DNA of 64,000 bases from Rickettsia endosymbiont of Argas persicus. Lineage in GTDB: Bacteria; Pseudomonadota; Alphaproteobacteria; Rickettsiales; Rickettsiaceae. Under the pieces are notes generated by a model. That model saw nothing but the letters and a program-made list of their open reading frames with translations, was not told the DNA's origin and made no database searches. The stretch lies in contig CP133316.1 of NCBI GenBank assembly GCA_050920645.1, positions 819,801 through 883,800 of the forward strand, written 5' to 3'. Below, in pieces: positions 36,914-49,717 of the stretch. Position numbers and translations under genes: made by a program. How positions within the stretch are numbered: position 1 is the first letter of the stretch; each line of letters begins with the position of its first letter.

Positions 36914-38632
36914 TTACTTCTTGTCTTCTAAAGCGTTAGCAAGTATGTCGCCCATATTGGTTGTATTATCACTAGAGCCATATTCTTTAAGAGCTTTTTG
37001 ACGCTCTGCTATTTTATGAGCTTTTATTGATAATAAAACTCTATTAGTTGACTTTTCGATAGAAACAACTTTTGCTTCGATTTCTTGATCTACTGCAAAC
37101 ATTTCAGGCTTTTGTTCTTCTTTTTCGTCAGATAAATCAGATTTTTTAACAAAACCTGCTGCTTTACCGTTTACTAATACTTCTAATCCATCATCTTTAA
37201 TTGCGGTTACGACAGCTTTAACCGCCGTTCCTTTTTTAAATTCGTCAGCAATACCTTGATACGGATTTGGTGTTAGTTGTTTAATACCGAGGCTAATTTG
37301 CTCTCTTTCAATATTTATTGCTAAAACTTTACATTCCACTTCATCGCCTTTTTTATAAGTCTTAAGAAGCTCATTACCGTTATCTTCCCAACTAATATCA
37401 CCCTCATGGATCATACCGTCTATATTTTCACCGACTGCAACAAAAATTCCAAAATCAGTTACATTTCTGATTGGAGCTTTAATTACCGTACCGACTGGAT
37501 TATTTTCAGCAAATTTTATTAAAGGGTTTGGTTGACATTGCTTAATACTTAAGGAAACACGATGCTTTTCCGTATCTACTTCTAAAACTACAAATTCTAC
37601 TTCTTGACCTATAGTTAATGTTTTTCTAGGATTCTGATGAGATTTAAGCCAGCTAATTTCACTTGAATGAACGAGTCCTTCTAAGCCGTCTTTCAGTTCA
37701 ATAAATACACCGTAATCAGCAAAATTAGTAATTTTTCCGGTCATTTTTTTACCGACAGGGAATTCTTCTTTAATTTTTTCCCATGGGTTATAGTCAAGTT
37801 GTTTCATACCGAGAGATATTCTTTTAGTCTCTTCGTTAAACTTAATAACCATTACTTTAACTTTCTGATTAAATTCTAACACTTCTGAAGGATGGTTAAC
37901 TCTACCCCATGAAATATCTGTTAAGTGTAATAAACCGTCAACACTACCGAGATCAATAAACACCCCGTAATCGGTAATATTTTTTACGGTTCCTTCTAGG
38001 ATCATTCCTTCTTTAATTTTAGATAGCATTTCGTCTCTAGCTTCAGAACGTGACTCTTCTAATATGGCTCTTCTTGAAACAACTATATTGCCGAGTTTTT
38101 TATCCATGCTTAGAATCTTAAACGGTTGTTTAATATTCATTATCGAGCTAGGATCTTTAATCGGTCTAACGTCAACTTGGCTTCCCGGTAGGAACGCTAC
38201 AACGCCTGATAAATCAACTGTAAATCCGCCTTTTACGCGACCGAAAATCGTACCGTCAACAAATTCACCTTTGCTGCACATGATTTCCAGTTGTCTCCAT
38301 AATTCTTCTTTTATCGCTTTTTCACGGCTTATAGTTCTACCGTTCAGTCCTTCAATTTTTTCAATATAAACATCGACTAAATCTCCCACTTCAGGTAGCT
38401 TGTGTCCCGGTGATATTAAAAATTCAGATTTAGGTACTCTACCTTCATTTTTTAATCCGACGTCAATGATAACCACATTTTCGTCAATATCGACTACTTG
38501 ACCTTTTACTACGGTTCCCGGTTTAATGTGGCTTGTATCGACCGTTTCAAGCATTTTAGAAAAATCATCATCGGATTCATATTTAAATGCTGCAAGTTGG
38601 GGGACAAATCTTTGTTTTAATTTTGTTGCCAT
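36914..38632 (-). CDS. rpsA: 30S ribosomal protein S1
   Basis: Six S1 repeats, AFLPGSQVD. Confidence 0.98.
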   Translation of the reverse strand: MATKLKQRFVPQLAAFKYESDDDFSKMLETVDTSHIKPGTVVKGQVVDIDENVVIIDVGLKNEGRVPKSEFLISPGHKLPEVGDLVDVYIEKIEGLNGRTISREKAIKEELWRQLEIMCSKGEFVDGTIFGRVKGGFTVDLSGVVAFLPGSQVDVRPIKDPSSIMNIKQPFKILSMDKKLGNIVVSRRAILEESRSEARDEMLSKIKEGMILEGTVKNITDYGVFIDLGSVDGLLHLTDISWGRVNHPSEVLEFNQKVKVMVIKFNEETKRISLGMKQLDYNPWEKIKEEFPVGKKMTGKITNFADYGVFIELKDGLEGLVHSSEISWLKSHQNPRKTLTIGQEVEFVVLEVDTEKHRVSLSIKQCQPNPLIKFAENNPVGTVIKAPIRNVTDFGIFVAVGENIDGMIHEGDISWEDNGNELLKTYKKGDEVECKVLAINIEREQISLGIKQLTPNPYQGIADEFKKGTAVKAVVTAIKDDGLEVLVNGKAAGFVKKSDLSDEKEEQKPEMFAVDQEIEAKVVSIEKSTNRVLLSIKAHKIAERQKALKEYGSSDNTTNMGDILANALEDKK

Positions 38633-38751
38633 ATTTTTCTCGTAAATATTAGCGGTGCTTGACTAATAAATAATTTTTTTAAAAGGTTAATAAAAAAGTC
38701 ATTTTTTTAAATGCCTTGTAAATAAAACATACTTAAAGCACCAAGTATATT

Positions 38752-39405
38752 TTAGTTTTTCAATATAAATTGTGTGATTTGTTCTACAATCGATATCGGT
38801 GAAAGTTCGGAAGTATCTATTATTATAGCATCTAAAGCCGGTAATAAAGGGGCTGCTTCGCGTTCTTTATCTCTTTTATCACGCAGAATTATCTGTTGTA
38901 AAATCTCACCGAGTATACACGCTTTGCCTTTAGCTTGCAACTGTTTATATCGCCTCTCAGCTCTAACCTCAGGGTTTGCGGTGATAAATATTTTAAAATC
39001 GGCATTGGGAGCAACTACTGTGCCTATATCTCTGCCTTCCATAATTATTCGAGGATTCGTTTGGATTAATTTAACTAAATACTTATTTAAGTTACTTCTC
39101 ACTTCAGCTATTACGGCAATTTTTGAAGCAACGCCCCCGATAGTCTCATCTTCCAAATCAAATTTACCTGTAATTTCTATCTCTTTTGATAAGGAAATTA
39201 CTTTATTAATGTCAGCAATATCTATTTTTTCTTTAATACAGTTAAACGCAAGTTCTCTATATACAATACTAGATTGCACATATTTTAAAGAAAATTTTTC
39301 AGCAAGCATAAGCCCGATAGTACCTTTTCCGGAAGCAGCAGGTCCGTCAAGTGCAATAACAAAATTTTGAGAAAAGTCTAAAGCTTTGGTTTTTAAATTA
39401 GTCAT
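38752..39405 (-). CDS. cmk: Cytidylate kinase
   Basis: [27 protein letters not shown]. Confidence 0.96.
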   Translation of the reverse strand: MTNLKTKALDFSQNFVIALDGPAASGKGTIGLMLAEKFSLKYVQSSIVYRELAFNCIKEKIDIADINKVISLSKEIEITGKFDLEDETIGGVASKIAVIAEVRSNLNKYLVKLIQTNPRIIMEGRDIGTVVAPNADFKIFITANPEVRAERRYKQLQAKGKACILGEILQQIILRDKRDKEREAAPLLPALDAIIIDTSELSPISIVEQITQFILKN

Positions 39406-39506
39406 ATGTAATTTTTGGAATAGATAATAAAATATTATAAATAATGTAAATAAAGCTTGAAATCCAGAACATTATACAATAAATATAGAATTTAAATATT
39501 TATCAA

Positions 39507-39583
39507 GGGTGATTAGCTCAGTTGGTTAGAGCATTACGTTGACATCGTAAAGGTCGGGGGTTCGATCCCCCCATCGCCCACCA
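39507..39583 (+). tRNA. tRNA-Val(GAC)
   Basis: Cloverleaf, anticodon loop TTGACAT, 3' CCA. Confidence 0.96.
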
Positions 39584-39722
39584 CCTTACCTCCTAGCTTT
39601 TCATAATCTACTAATTTTACCTCCCTACTCTGTATGCTGCTTATATGCTCCTCGCATTTTTAAAAATACTGCTTTAATTGCCTTATTACCTCGATTAAAC
39701 CTGATGTTTAAGTTGAGGTCTT

Positions 39723-41422
39723 ATGCACACTATATGCTGCTCACGTTTTACTCCTGATTGTGTAATCCATAATGAGCGTGATAATAATCCTACTATTTTC
39801 TATAATTTTGTTGGTAATTTTATCCCTCCTGAATGGAGTAATCTCTCATCTCATAATGGCAAGATATTAAGTAAGACTGCAAGACAGCTACTATCTCTTA
39901 TAGTCTTCCGCTTGCAAATCTATCATAATAATAGCATTGATGAACTTAAGGAAACTTATCATTTCTTTCAAGAACACTTAAGTGTTTGTCAAGAACGTGT
40001 AAGACAATGTCTGTTTGAGTTACAAAAAGTGGCTTTATTCAAGTGTATAACACAACAGTCATTAAATATGGCATTAAATGCCGTAATACTCCTTGTATTA
40101 AGCTGGCTAGAAATTTCCAACCTGCTTCTAATAAAATACCCTCTGAAAATGAAAAAAATTTTGCATCAACTCCAAAAAACTTTGGGGTCAAACCCAAAGA
40201 AATTTTGCCTCAACCCCAAAAAAGTTTGGATGAGACAATATATATAGATAATAATAAAAATATATCTAATAAATCTAGATCTAACAGATCTACAATTTTT
40301 CAAAATAAAAAAAATGAATCTAATTACAATAACCAAACTCAGTTACAAGAACAACAACTTGAAACAAATTTACAATTCAAGGCAACAAGCTTAATCAACG
40401 ATCAACAACAAGCTGATAATACTAATTTCTCTAGTGCTAATATCACAATAGGTGCTACACGGATTAATACTGCACTACAAGCAGTTATTAATAAAATCTC
40501 TAAAAAATATAACTCTACACCATCAAACAGCAATAATGCATCAATTAATGCCGTTAATCATAAAAGCTAGTTCAAAAGGAAAAAATTAACAGATTTCCAT
40601 CCATTAACCCAAGAAGAGGCTGATTTATTACAGATAAAATCAAATCGAGAATTTAATCTTACTTTTATTAACAAGCTCTTATTGAAATTAGCAGAACAAT
40701 ACCCAGAACACCATTTTGGTCATAAAAAAGTGTTTTTAAATTACATGGCTAAAGCTTTAGCTCATGAACTGAGAGAAACTACTCAAGCTAATTGTGAGAA
40801 GTTTCAGTTTAAATCTAGCAACTTAAACAACGCTAAAGAGCAATACCTAGATAAGATAGAAAGTAGCCTTGATACTAGCTTGCAAGCTCAGCTAAAACGT
40901 AAAATTGTTGGTAGTTTTGATCCTGATTCAGCTTATGAATTACTAAGCTCCTGCTTATTTATTGGGGTAGTAAATAATCAGTATCAAATAAAACTGCTTA
41001 AAAATATTACGCTTTCAGAAAATGCACAAGATAAAATACTACAGCAAGTACGAACGATCTATGGCAGTAGTATTGGGCAGTTACAAATCATACCATTTGC
41101 GGAGCTTGAAGCGAAGCAGAATAATACTGAAGATGAAAAACAAAATTATCTATTGCAGCTAAGCAAACAATTAAATCCTGATTCAGTATGGTACAGGGCA
41201 CGGAAATTTCTTATTGAACGTTATAACCAATATATTGATTTTGGTGTATTAACTAAATTAGTAGTGGTAGAGGAAGATATAGTCAATAAAAAGGTAATCC
41301 TCAAATCAATATCAGCTTTTAATGATTATTATGTTAGGAATCGTCATATGCAAGATCTAGAAGAAGCTTTTAAGACTCAAGATTATTGCTTTGACTTAAT
41401 CAAGTTTGAATATAACTTGTAG
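39723..41422 (+). pseudogene. DnaA_N-like / RAGE replication-type protein in three fragments
   Basis: FVGNFIPPEW N-terminus; frameshift ~40030; in-frame TAG at 40568; SNREFN..FINKLL, FLNYMAKAL. Confidence 0.7.
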
Positions 41423-42620
41423 AAGTCAAGATTTAATCTTACAGACACTATAAATTTTGTACCTGATTGTCAGTTAAGTTTTGACTGTCAGATATATAAT
41501 CAAGATACAAGATTTCATTATTCTTTTCAACAGCTAATTTCTTACTATCATTAAAAGTTTGCATAGGAGTTTTTCCATAACAATATTTACCGGAATGAGG
41601 TCTTTCATTATTGAAATGCTCTAACCAAATATCAAGATCTAATTGTAGATCATCAAGATCTGTATAAATCTTTTTCCGCATAGCTGTATCAAAGAATTCT
41701 TGTTTCATGGTTTTATTAAAACGCTCACACATACCGTTTGTTTGTGGAGAATATGCCTTAGTTGTAGTATGTTCTATACCTTCTATGCTAAGAAATAACT
41801 CAAAAGCATGATGCTCTATATTCCCCTTATATTCTGACCCACGGTCTGTAAGAATACGAAGTATTGGTATTCCTTGGGTCTCGTACCATGGTAACACGCG
41901 GTCATTCAGCATATCAGCAGCAGTAAGAGCTGTTTTATCAGTATATAGTTTAGCATCTGCTACCCTAGTATAGCTATCAATAAATACCTGAGAATAAACC
42001 TTACCGATACCTTTAAAATTACCTACATAGTATGTATCCTGACATCCTAGATAACCTGGATGCTGCGTCTCAATTTCTCCATGTGCTTCTTTTTCATTAC
42101 GACGCTTCTCTAGTACTTGTAACTGAGCCTCAGTAAGAACAATACCATCCTGAGCCATTTTTGCTTCTAATGCTTTAAGCCTTTTACTGATATTGTTTAA
42201 ATCATTACGTAACCAAATTGATCTCACTCCTCCAGGTGATACAAGTACACCAGTCTTTTTAAGCTCATTTGATACTCTAAGCTGACCGTATGCTGGATAT
42301 TCTATTGCCATATCCATTACTGCCTTCTCTATCGCTGGATCAACTCTATTCGCTATTATTGGCTTTCTGCGACTAATTTCATACAATGCTTCTTCGCCAC
42401 CAGTTTCATACAGTTCTTTAAATCTGTAATAACTATCTCTACTATATCCCATCGCTTTACATGCTGATGATATACTACCAAGGCTCTTAGCTAATTCAAG
42501 TAACCCCAATTTTGGCTTTATTATTTTTTGATTTAAGTTCATTATGACCTTCCATTTTTTTATCTGTATTTTTTAATACATTATTTTTATTAAATGTAAG
42601 ATCAAATGTCAACTACTACA
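41418..42620 (-). mobile_element. IS481-family element (1203 bp), intact 364-aa transposase 41448-42542
   Basis: TGT...ACA ends; [24 protein letters not shown]. Confidence 0.96.
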
Positions 42621-43417
42621 TAATTTGTAATAACTACTTCATCAGATATTTTATTGTGCTCAGGCATAGAATATTTAACCTTAATAGTACTAATATTAAA
42701 ATTTTTGTATAAGTTTCTAATAAAGGGAGTATTACTATTAGAAATCATTATTTTAACACCTTTATCATTAAGTTCTGTAGCAAAATCTTTAAGTCTCGTT
42801 TGCTCATTTTCATCAAAGGGTAATCTGGTATAAAACTTCTCACCTGATTTATGATAAGGAGGATCAAAATAAACAAAATCATTTTGTTGTAGTTCAATGA
42901 AAGAGAAATCTATAGCACAAATATATGTACCAGTAAGTAAGCTGCTACATTGCTTTAGTCTAGATGCAATATCAGATTTACTATAATTTCTACCAGAGAA
43001 AGTTTGAGCTGGTTTGCCATCAATATTAATCCGGTAAATACCTTTAAATGAATATCTATTAAGATAAATAAATCTTGCAGTAATTTTTATTGGATCACTA
43101 CTATCATTATTGGCTCTCACTTGATAATAATGCTCTTTAGAGTGTTTTGCTTTATGTGAGTCTAGTAATTTACTAACTGCATCAGGATTTGTCTTAACTG
43201 CGTTATAGGACGTGACTAGCTCAAGGTTAATATCAGATAAATAGCATTGTTTAAATTTATCTCGTACATGAAAGAATAAAGCCCCACCACCAAGAAATGG
43301 TTCATAGTAGTTGTTTAGTTTTTTAGGAATAAATTTAACTAATTGATCAACGATTTTTCTTTTACCACCCACCCATTGCAAGAATGGTTGTGGTTTATCT
43401 AAGTTCTTTACTGACAT
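42602..43417 (-). CDS. Dam-family DNA adenine methyltransferase
   Basis: WVGGK, EPFLGGGA, DIN, YFDPPY, ISNS. Confidence 0.92.
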   Translation of the reverse strand: MSVKNLDKPQPFLQWVGGKRKIVDQLVKFIPKKLNNYYEPFLGGGALFFHVRDKFKQCYLSDINLELVTSYNAVKTNPDAVSKLLDSHKAKHSKEHYYQVRANNDSSDPIKITARFIYLNRYSFKGIYRINIDGKPAQTFSGRNYSKSDIASRLKQCSSLLTGTYICAIDFSFIELQQNDFVYFDPPYHKSGEKFYTRLPFDENEQTRLKDFATELNDKGVKIMISNSNTPFIRNLYKNFNISTIKVKYSMPEHNKISDEVVITNYVVVDI

Positions 43418-43800
43418 GAAATTATTATTAAAATATTTATACTGTAATTATAGTATAAAGTAGGCTTAAATGCCAGCAAAATACCATATTCAAAGGAATT
43501 TTTGATAGTTTTTGTAGCATAATTAATGCTACTTTGGATTTATATGTAATGGATAAAGAGTTGAGATAATAAATAATATTAATTTAGCACTGTCTCATTT
43601 GTGCAGCTGTTTGCCTAATTGTATAAAAATCTGTCACAAAAGCTCTTAAATCCTCTGTACTTCACAGAATTGTGGTGATATCTGTCCTTGTTAAGAGCTG
43701 TATGGTGCAGTTCTGAGTTCAGAGGCTAAGTTAAAAACAACAAAATTTTAGCACTTTAACCTCTGAGCTGTTTTCTTAACTTTAACAGCAAGGAAATGCT

Positions 43801-44759
43801 ATGACAATTAATAATCAAAATCAACCAAAAGATAATGATAATATCACTAATCTTACTAAAACAAATTGGAATCTTCAATTATCTCCCATATCTGTCACAT
43901 TAATACCATATCAGCAAGAAGAGAATATCATTAACTCGACGATCACAAATTATACTGATATAATTAAATATAAATTAGAATTACAAGAAGCAAATAATAA
44001 ATTGAAAGAATCTGAGTTATTTAAAAGAGATGTAGTTCAAAATATGGTACATGGATTAAAGATTCCATGTAATGGAATTTTTCATTAGTAACAGCTCTTT
44101 ATGAAATAGAAGATAATCCTGAAAAAAAGGATTATTTAGCTAGTGTGGTAAGTTGTGCTGAAGAATTACTGGATTATTATAACAATATACTTAGTTATCT
44201 ACAGAATAATTCTGGATTACCTCCTATAGTTTTAAATAAGTTTGATCCAAAACAGTTGGTAAATAAGATTATTGATAAAGCGATGCCAATAGCTCAACGT
44301 AAGGGATTAAATTTATCTTGTAATTTTCAGTATGATTTAACAAATGCTATAATTAGTGATACTTATCGAATAGGAGCAATATTAGAGCAGTTAATAGATA
44401 ATTCTATTAAATTTACTAAAGAAGGCAAAGTTGTGGTAACAGTGAACATGTTCGCGATTAATCCTGCATTATCAGAATCAGAACAACAAAACAGAGAAAT
44501 GGTATTCCAATTTATGGTGCATGATAGCGGTATTGGTCTGTCTAAAGAAATCAGACAACATCTTCATGAAAAGATTGATAAATTTGATGTTGCTATGCAA
44601 TATCATGGACTTGGATCAGGATTAAGTTTTGTAAAGCGTCTAATTGGTGAGTTAAATGGAGAGATTGAAGTAACAAGTGAAAAAGGTAAAAGTACTACTA
44701 TTGTCTGTAATATACCAATTAAGTTACCTCTTCTTGATGATCTGATTTATGATACATAA
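43801..44759 (+). pseudogene. Sensor histidine kinase, split by frameshift near 44085
   Basis: Degenerate H-box MVHGLKIP; NSIKFT, VHDSGIG, GLGSGL, SEKGKST HATPase motifs. Confidence 0.82.
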
Positions 44760-45319
44760 TGTTGATGAAGAAAGTTGATATTAATAAAATTAAAAAAGCA
44801 ATTTATTTTGCTAAAAAGTATCATGGCAGGCAAAAGAGAGAAACAGGAGAATTTTATTACTCACATCCTTTAGAAGTAGCATATATGATTTCTGATTATT
44901 TATTTAGAACAGATATTATAGTAACTAGCATATTGCATGATTGTATTGAAGATACGTTACTTACTAAAGAAATGATTATACAAGAATTTGGCCATAAGAT
45001 TGCTAATCAAGTTGAAGATTTAACACGAGTTAAAAATGATAAAAAAATTAGTGCAGCAGAAATGGTTAAAATATTGTATCAGCAGCAGAAACAAGAATTG
45101 CTATTAATTAAGTTATTTGACCGGTTACATAATATACAAACAGTAGGAGCTAAACCTCCTGAGAAAGGATGGAGAACAATTTTAGAAACTCTACAGGTCT
45201 TCTTAACTGTTGCTACTTATCTTAAAATACCAAATGTTACAAGACAATTACACACACATTGTTTAAATATAATTGCAAATTATAAAAAATTAAATTTATA
45301 TAATAATAATGCAGTATAA
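44759..45319 (+). CDS. Stand-alone SpoT-type HD-domain (p)ppGpp hydrolase
   Basis: HGRQKR.TGE.YYSHP, ILHDCIEDT, IKLFDRLHN. Confidence 0.88.
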   Translation: MLMKKVDINKIKKAIYFAKKYHGRQKRETGEFYYSHPLEVAYMISDYLFRTDIIVTSILHDCIEDTLLTKEMIIQEFGHKIANQVEDLTRVKNDKKISAAEMVKILYQQQKQELLLIKLFDRLHNIQTVGAKPPEKGWRTILETLQVFLTVATYLKIPNVTRQLHTHCLNIIANYKKLNLYNNNAV

Positions 45320-45757
45320 TTTATCCCTCTTACTCACGCATCACAATATGGGACTAAACAGTTAAGTTAATATTATCAGGAATATAGTAATTGTAAGGTG
45401 AGATATTAAAAATTATTGTTCATGATACAGGATTAGATTGCTACAAAAAAACAAGAATATATAAGTCAAGAATTAACTAAAGGCTAATATGATTGCTAAA
45501 TCTATTAGTGTTACATAGATAGTTCTTTTGCTAATTGTTGTTATAGTAAAGGATAAATCAATAATATAGTCATTAGGTTTGGTATAGCTCTCTGGATTTC
45601 TTAATTGTTTAACTATTTCATAAGATTATCAATAACTTTTGAGTTGTTAATGTTTATTAAAATTCATTTAAAATAAACTTATAGTTAATAATTTTAATAC
45701 TAAAATTATGGCAATAGGATAATATAATTTTTTAAACTTATTTCATGGTGGTTAAAC

Positions 45758-47185
45758 ATGACTAAAAGAAAATTGGATTGTGTAATCAAGGAGAGTATAC
45801 AAATTAATACAATAAATACGAAAAAAAAATTAGATGGTAATGCTGAAAAAGATATAATTTACCAGGCTTCTAGTGTATCAAGTATAATCTATTCTGATAA
45901 CAATATTAAATCATTATTAAAAAGTTATTTACCAAATGCAAATATAGAAGATATTTACTTATTTAAAGTAATAGGGGATCATGTATATTATAATTTTGTA
46001 AATAATTTAAAAACCAAATTAATATATGAAACTAAAGATAAAATAGTATCAGATGATAAATTTTATGTCATAATTGAACAATCTATTAATCAAGATCAAA
46101 ACATATCTTCTGCGATCCTACTAAAACTGTATAATAAAAATAATAAAAACCAAATTAAAATATTACCGATAGTAACTAGTATTAATGGCATAGAAGATGC
46201 ACTATTATTAAGTGAATTCAGAAAAGATCAAGAATTATGTACATTAAAAATAAAAGTTGATTCTATACCTGATTGGTTTCGTGAAAATCAGTCTATTAAT
46301 GTATATTTAGATAATCTCATAGAAATAATAAAACTTAGTATAGAGTATAAATCACCGAGTAAAATACCAGATGATAAAATTATAGAAATCATGAATACTT
46401 CTTATGCAGAATATGAGAAGATACATCAAGAATTACTGAATAGATTAGAATTAACTGATGATGAAGGAATAGATCAATTAAGCCTAGTTGATAAGAATCA
46501 AGATGAATTTGTTGCAAGCTCCAGCATAAAAAAAACAGTATCCTGGGATCCGACAGTAGAAGATAATGAAGGTCATACAATAAGGAGAAAAAAACATAAA
46601 TTTAAAGTCAAAACAAAAGAAAAAGATGAGGTTGAAGAATATTTTGAACAGTGCATTACATCTTGGAATTGGGATCAAAAAATATGGGAAGAGAGATATT
46701 TTAACACTAATAAATTAGATTCTGACAAATTTCAGCACTTACTTGATAAGTATTGTGATCAAATTAGAGGAGCATTTGGTGGTCATGTTTCAAAGAAGCA
46801 TCATTATGATCGTCCTGAATGTTATCATGGGTGCGGTGAAGTAAAAGAAGAGATATTAAATAAAATTATTGAAGGATATATTTTCTTAATAAATTGCTCT
46901 CCAAATTTACTTAATCTTTTCAGGGAATACCAAGAATCTATGTTAGAGGCCTTTTCTCAATGCGATATTGATATGTTAGGATTCTATAAGGCTCATCCTG
47001 AGTTAAAACTAATAAATTTAATTGAAAAGAGAATTAGTAACATAGATATAGATGAAAAAGACCAGAATAGTATAATCATCCCTATATCTGATGATAAGAC
47101 TGATACTGAAATACTGGTTGATATTACAAATTATGACCAAGAAAATTCTGAATTAAAATTAGTTGGAAAGGCACCGTCAAGTTAA
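45758..47185 (+). CDS. Hypothetical putative effector, copy 1 (475 aa; last codons from IS6 end)
   Basis: Long ORF, paralogous to 48768 and partly to 50245. Confidence 0.8.
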   Translation: MTKRKLDCVIKESIQINTINTKKKLDGNAEKDIIYQASSVSSIIYSDNNIKSLLKSYLPNANIEDIYLFKVIGDHVYYNFVNNLKTKLIYETKDKIVSDDKFYVIIEQSINQDQNISSAILLKLYNKNNKNQIKILPIVTSINGIEDALLLSEFRKDQELCTLKIKVDSIPDWFRENQSINVYLDNLIEIIKLSIEYKSPSKIPDDKIIEIMNTSYAEYEKIHQELLNRLELTDDEGIDQLSLVDKNQDEFVASSSIKKTVSWDPTVEDNEGHTIRRKKHKFKVKTKEKDEVEEYFEQCITSWNWDQKIWEERYFNTNKLDSDKFQHLLDKYCDQIRGAFGGHVSKKHHYDRPECYHGCGEVKEEILNKIIEGYIFLINCSPNLLNLFREYQESMLEAFSQCDIDMLGFYKAHPELKLINLIEKRISNIDIDEKDQNSIIIPISDDKTDTEILVDITNYDQENSELKLVGKAPSS

Positions 47186-48032
47186 GTAAATTGGTTTCAA
47201 AAAGTACTATGTTTTTATATTTCAGGCAGCAAGAAGTCTTTGAGTAGCTTCGTCCCAAATAGATTTAGCGGATGCAAATGCAATTCTTTGCTCTGGTGCG
47301 GTTTTAGTATATCGTCCAACATTGACGGCAAATATATTTCTGACTTTGCCCATCAGTGATAATATACATTGTGCTGAATTAGGATGCTTAAATTTAATCA
47401 ATATTTTTTCCTTTCGTCGAGTTGGCTGATGAGCATTTTCAACACAGTTATTTAGTCTCTTACTAGTACGATGTTCAGTGTTAGGACACATAAGCTTAAT
47501 CGGTTTAATGTAACTCCTGAGCTTATCAGTAACAATTACTCTTGGAGTTGGATAATTACCCAATAATCTTGATAAAAAGCGAATAGCTGATTTCTTGTTA
47601 CGACGCTTCTGCAATAATATTTCTAATTCATGCCCCTTGGAGTCAACAGCTCTCCATAATATGAATACTTCGCCTTTGATCTTGATGTTCATCTCATCTA
47701 AATGCCATTTGTCAGTTGCTTTCCTCTCTCTCTTTCTGATGACAGCTTGAAAATAAATCGCAAATTTATTGCACCAAAATCTTACAGTCTCATGACTTAA
47801 AATAATACCTCGATACGCCATCTGTTCTTGAACATCTCGGTAACTATTATTAAAGCGATGATATAACCATACTGTATGGCTAATGATGCTTGCTGGAAAA
47901 CGATGTCTCTTCGGGGTTTGAGTAATATGCATAGCGTTAAGATTTATTGATAAATGGTTACTACTATTCTATAAATCATTCCTTTCAATCGCTCAATACT
48001 TAAATTTACATCTCTCTTAACTTGACGATGCC
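47170..48032 (-). mobile_element. IS6-family element, intact transposase 47222-47932
   Basis: TIRs and full ORF. Confidence 0.96.
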
Positions 48033-49717
48033 GAATTTGGCCATAAGATTGCTAATCAAGTTGAAGATTTAACACGAGTTAAAAATGATAAAAAAATTAG
48101 TGCAGCAGAAATGGTTAAAATATTGTATCAGCAGCAGAAACAAGAATTGCTATTAATTAAGTTATTTGACCGGTTACATAATATACAAACAGTAGGAGCT
48201 AAACCTCCTGAGAACTGTTGCTACTTATCTTAAAATACCAAATGTTACAAGACAATTACACACACATTGTTTAAATATAATTGCAAATTATAAAAAATTA
48301 AATTTATATAATAATAATGCAGTATAATTTATCCCTCTTACTCACGCATCACAATATGGGACTAAACAGTTAAGTTAATATTATCAGGAATATAGTAATT
48401 GTAAGGTGAGATATTAAAAATTATTGTTCATGATACAGGATTAGATTGCTACAAAAAAACAAGAATATATAAGTCAAGAATTAACTAAAGGCCAATATGA
48501 TTGCTAAATCTATTAGTGTTACATAGATAGTTCTTTTGTTAATTGTCGTTATAGTAAAGGATAAATCAATAATATAGTCATTAGGTTTGGTATAGGTCTC
48601 TGGATTTCTTAATTTTTTAACTATTTCATAAGATTATCAATAACTTTTGAGTTGTTAATGTTTATTAAAATTCATTTAAAATAAACTTACAGTTAATAAT
48701 TTTAATACTAAAATTATGGCAATAGGATAATATAATTTTTTTAAAACTTATTTCATGGTGGTTAAACATGACTAAAAGAAAATTGGATTGTGTAATCAAG
48801 GAGAGTATACAAATTAATACAATAAATACGAAAAAAAAATTAGAGGGTAATGCCGAAAAAGGTATAATTTACCAGGCTTCTAGTGTATCAAGTATAATCT
48901 ATTCTGATAAAAATATTAAATTATTATTAAAAAGTTATTTACCAAATGCAAATATAGAAGATATTTACTTATTTAAAGTAATAGGGGATCATGTATATTA
49001 TAATTTTGTAAATAATTTAAAAACCAAATTAATATATGAAACTAAAGATAAAATAGTATCAGATGATAAATTTTATGTCATAATTGAACAATCTATTAAT
49101 CAAGATCAAAACATATCTTCTGCGATCCTACTAAAACTGTATAATAAAAATAATAAAAACCAAATTAAAATATTACCGATAGTAACTAGTATTAATGGCA
49201 TAGAAGATGCACTATTATTAAGTGAATTCAGAAAAGATCAAGAATTATGTACATTAAAAATAAAAGTTGATTCTATACCTGATTGGTTTCGTGAAAATCA
49301 GTCTATTAATGTATATTTAGATAATCTCATAGAGGTAATAAAACTTAGTATAGAGTATAAATCACCGAGTAAAATACCAGATGATAAAATTATAGAAATC
49401 ATGAATACTTCTTATGCAGAATATGAGAAGATACATCAAGAATTACTGAATAGATTAGAATTAACTGATGATGAAGGAATAGATCAATTAAGCCTAGTTG
49501 ATAAGAATCAAGATGAATTTGTTGCAAGCTCCAGCATAAAAAAAACAGTATCCTGGGATCCGACAGTAGAAGATAATGAAGGTCATACAATAAGGAGAAA
49601 AAAACATAAATTTAAAGTCAAAACAAAAGAAAAAGATGAGGTTGAAGAATATTTTGAACAGTGCATTACATCTTGGAATTGGGATCAAAAAATATGGGAA
49701 GAGAGATATTTTAACAC
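48033..49717 (+). repeat. Near-identical duplicate of 44984-46707 (3' half of HD hydrolase with ~40-bp deletion, intergenic region, 5' two-thirds of effector gene)
   Basis: Direct sequence match starting GAATTTGGCCATAAGATTGC. Confidence 0.93.
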
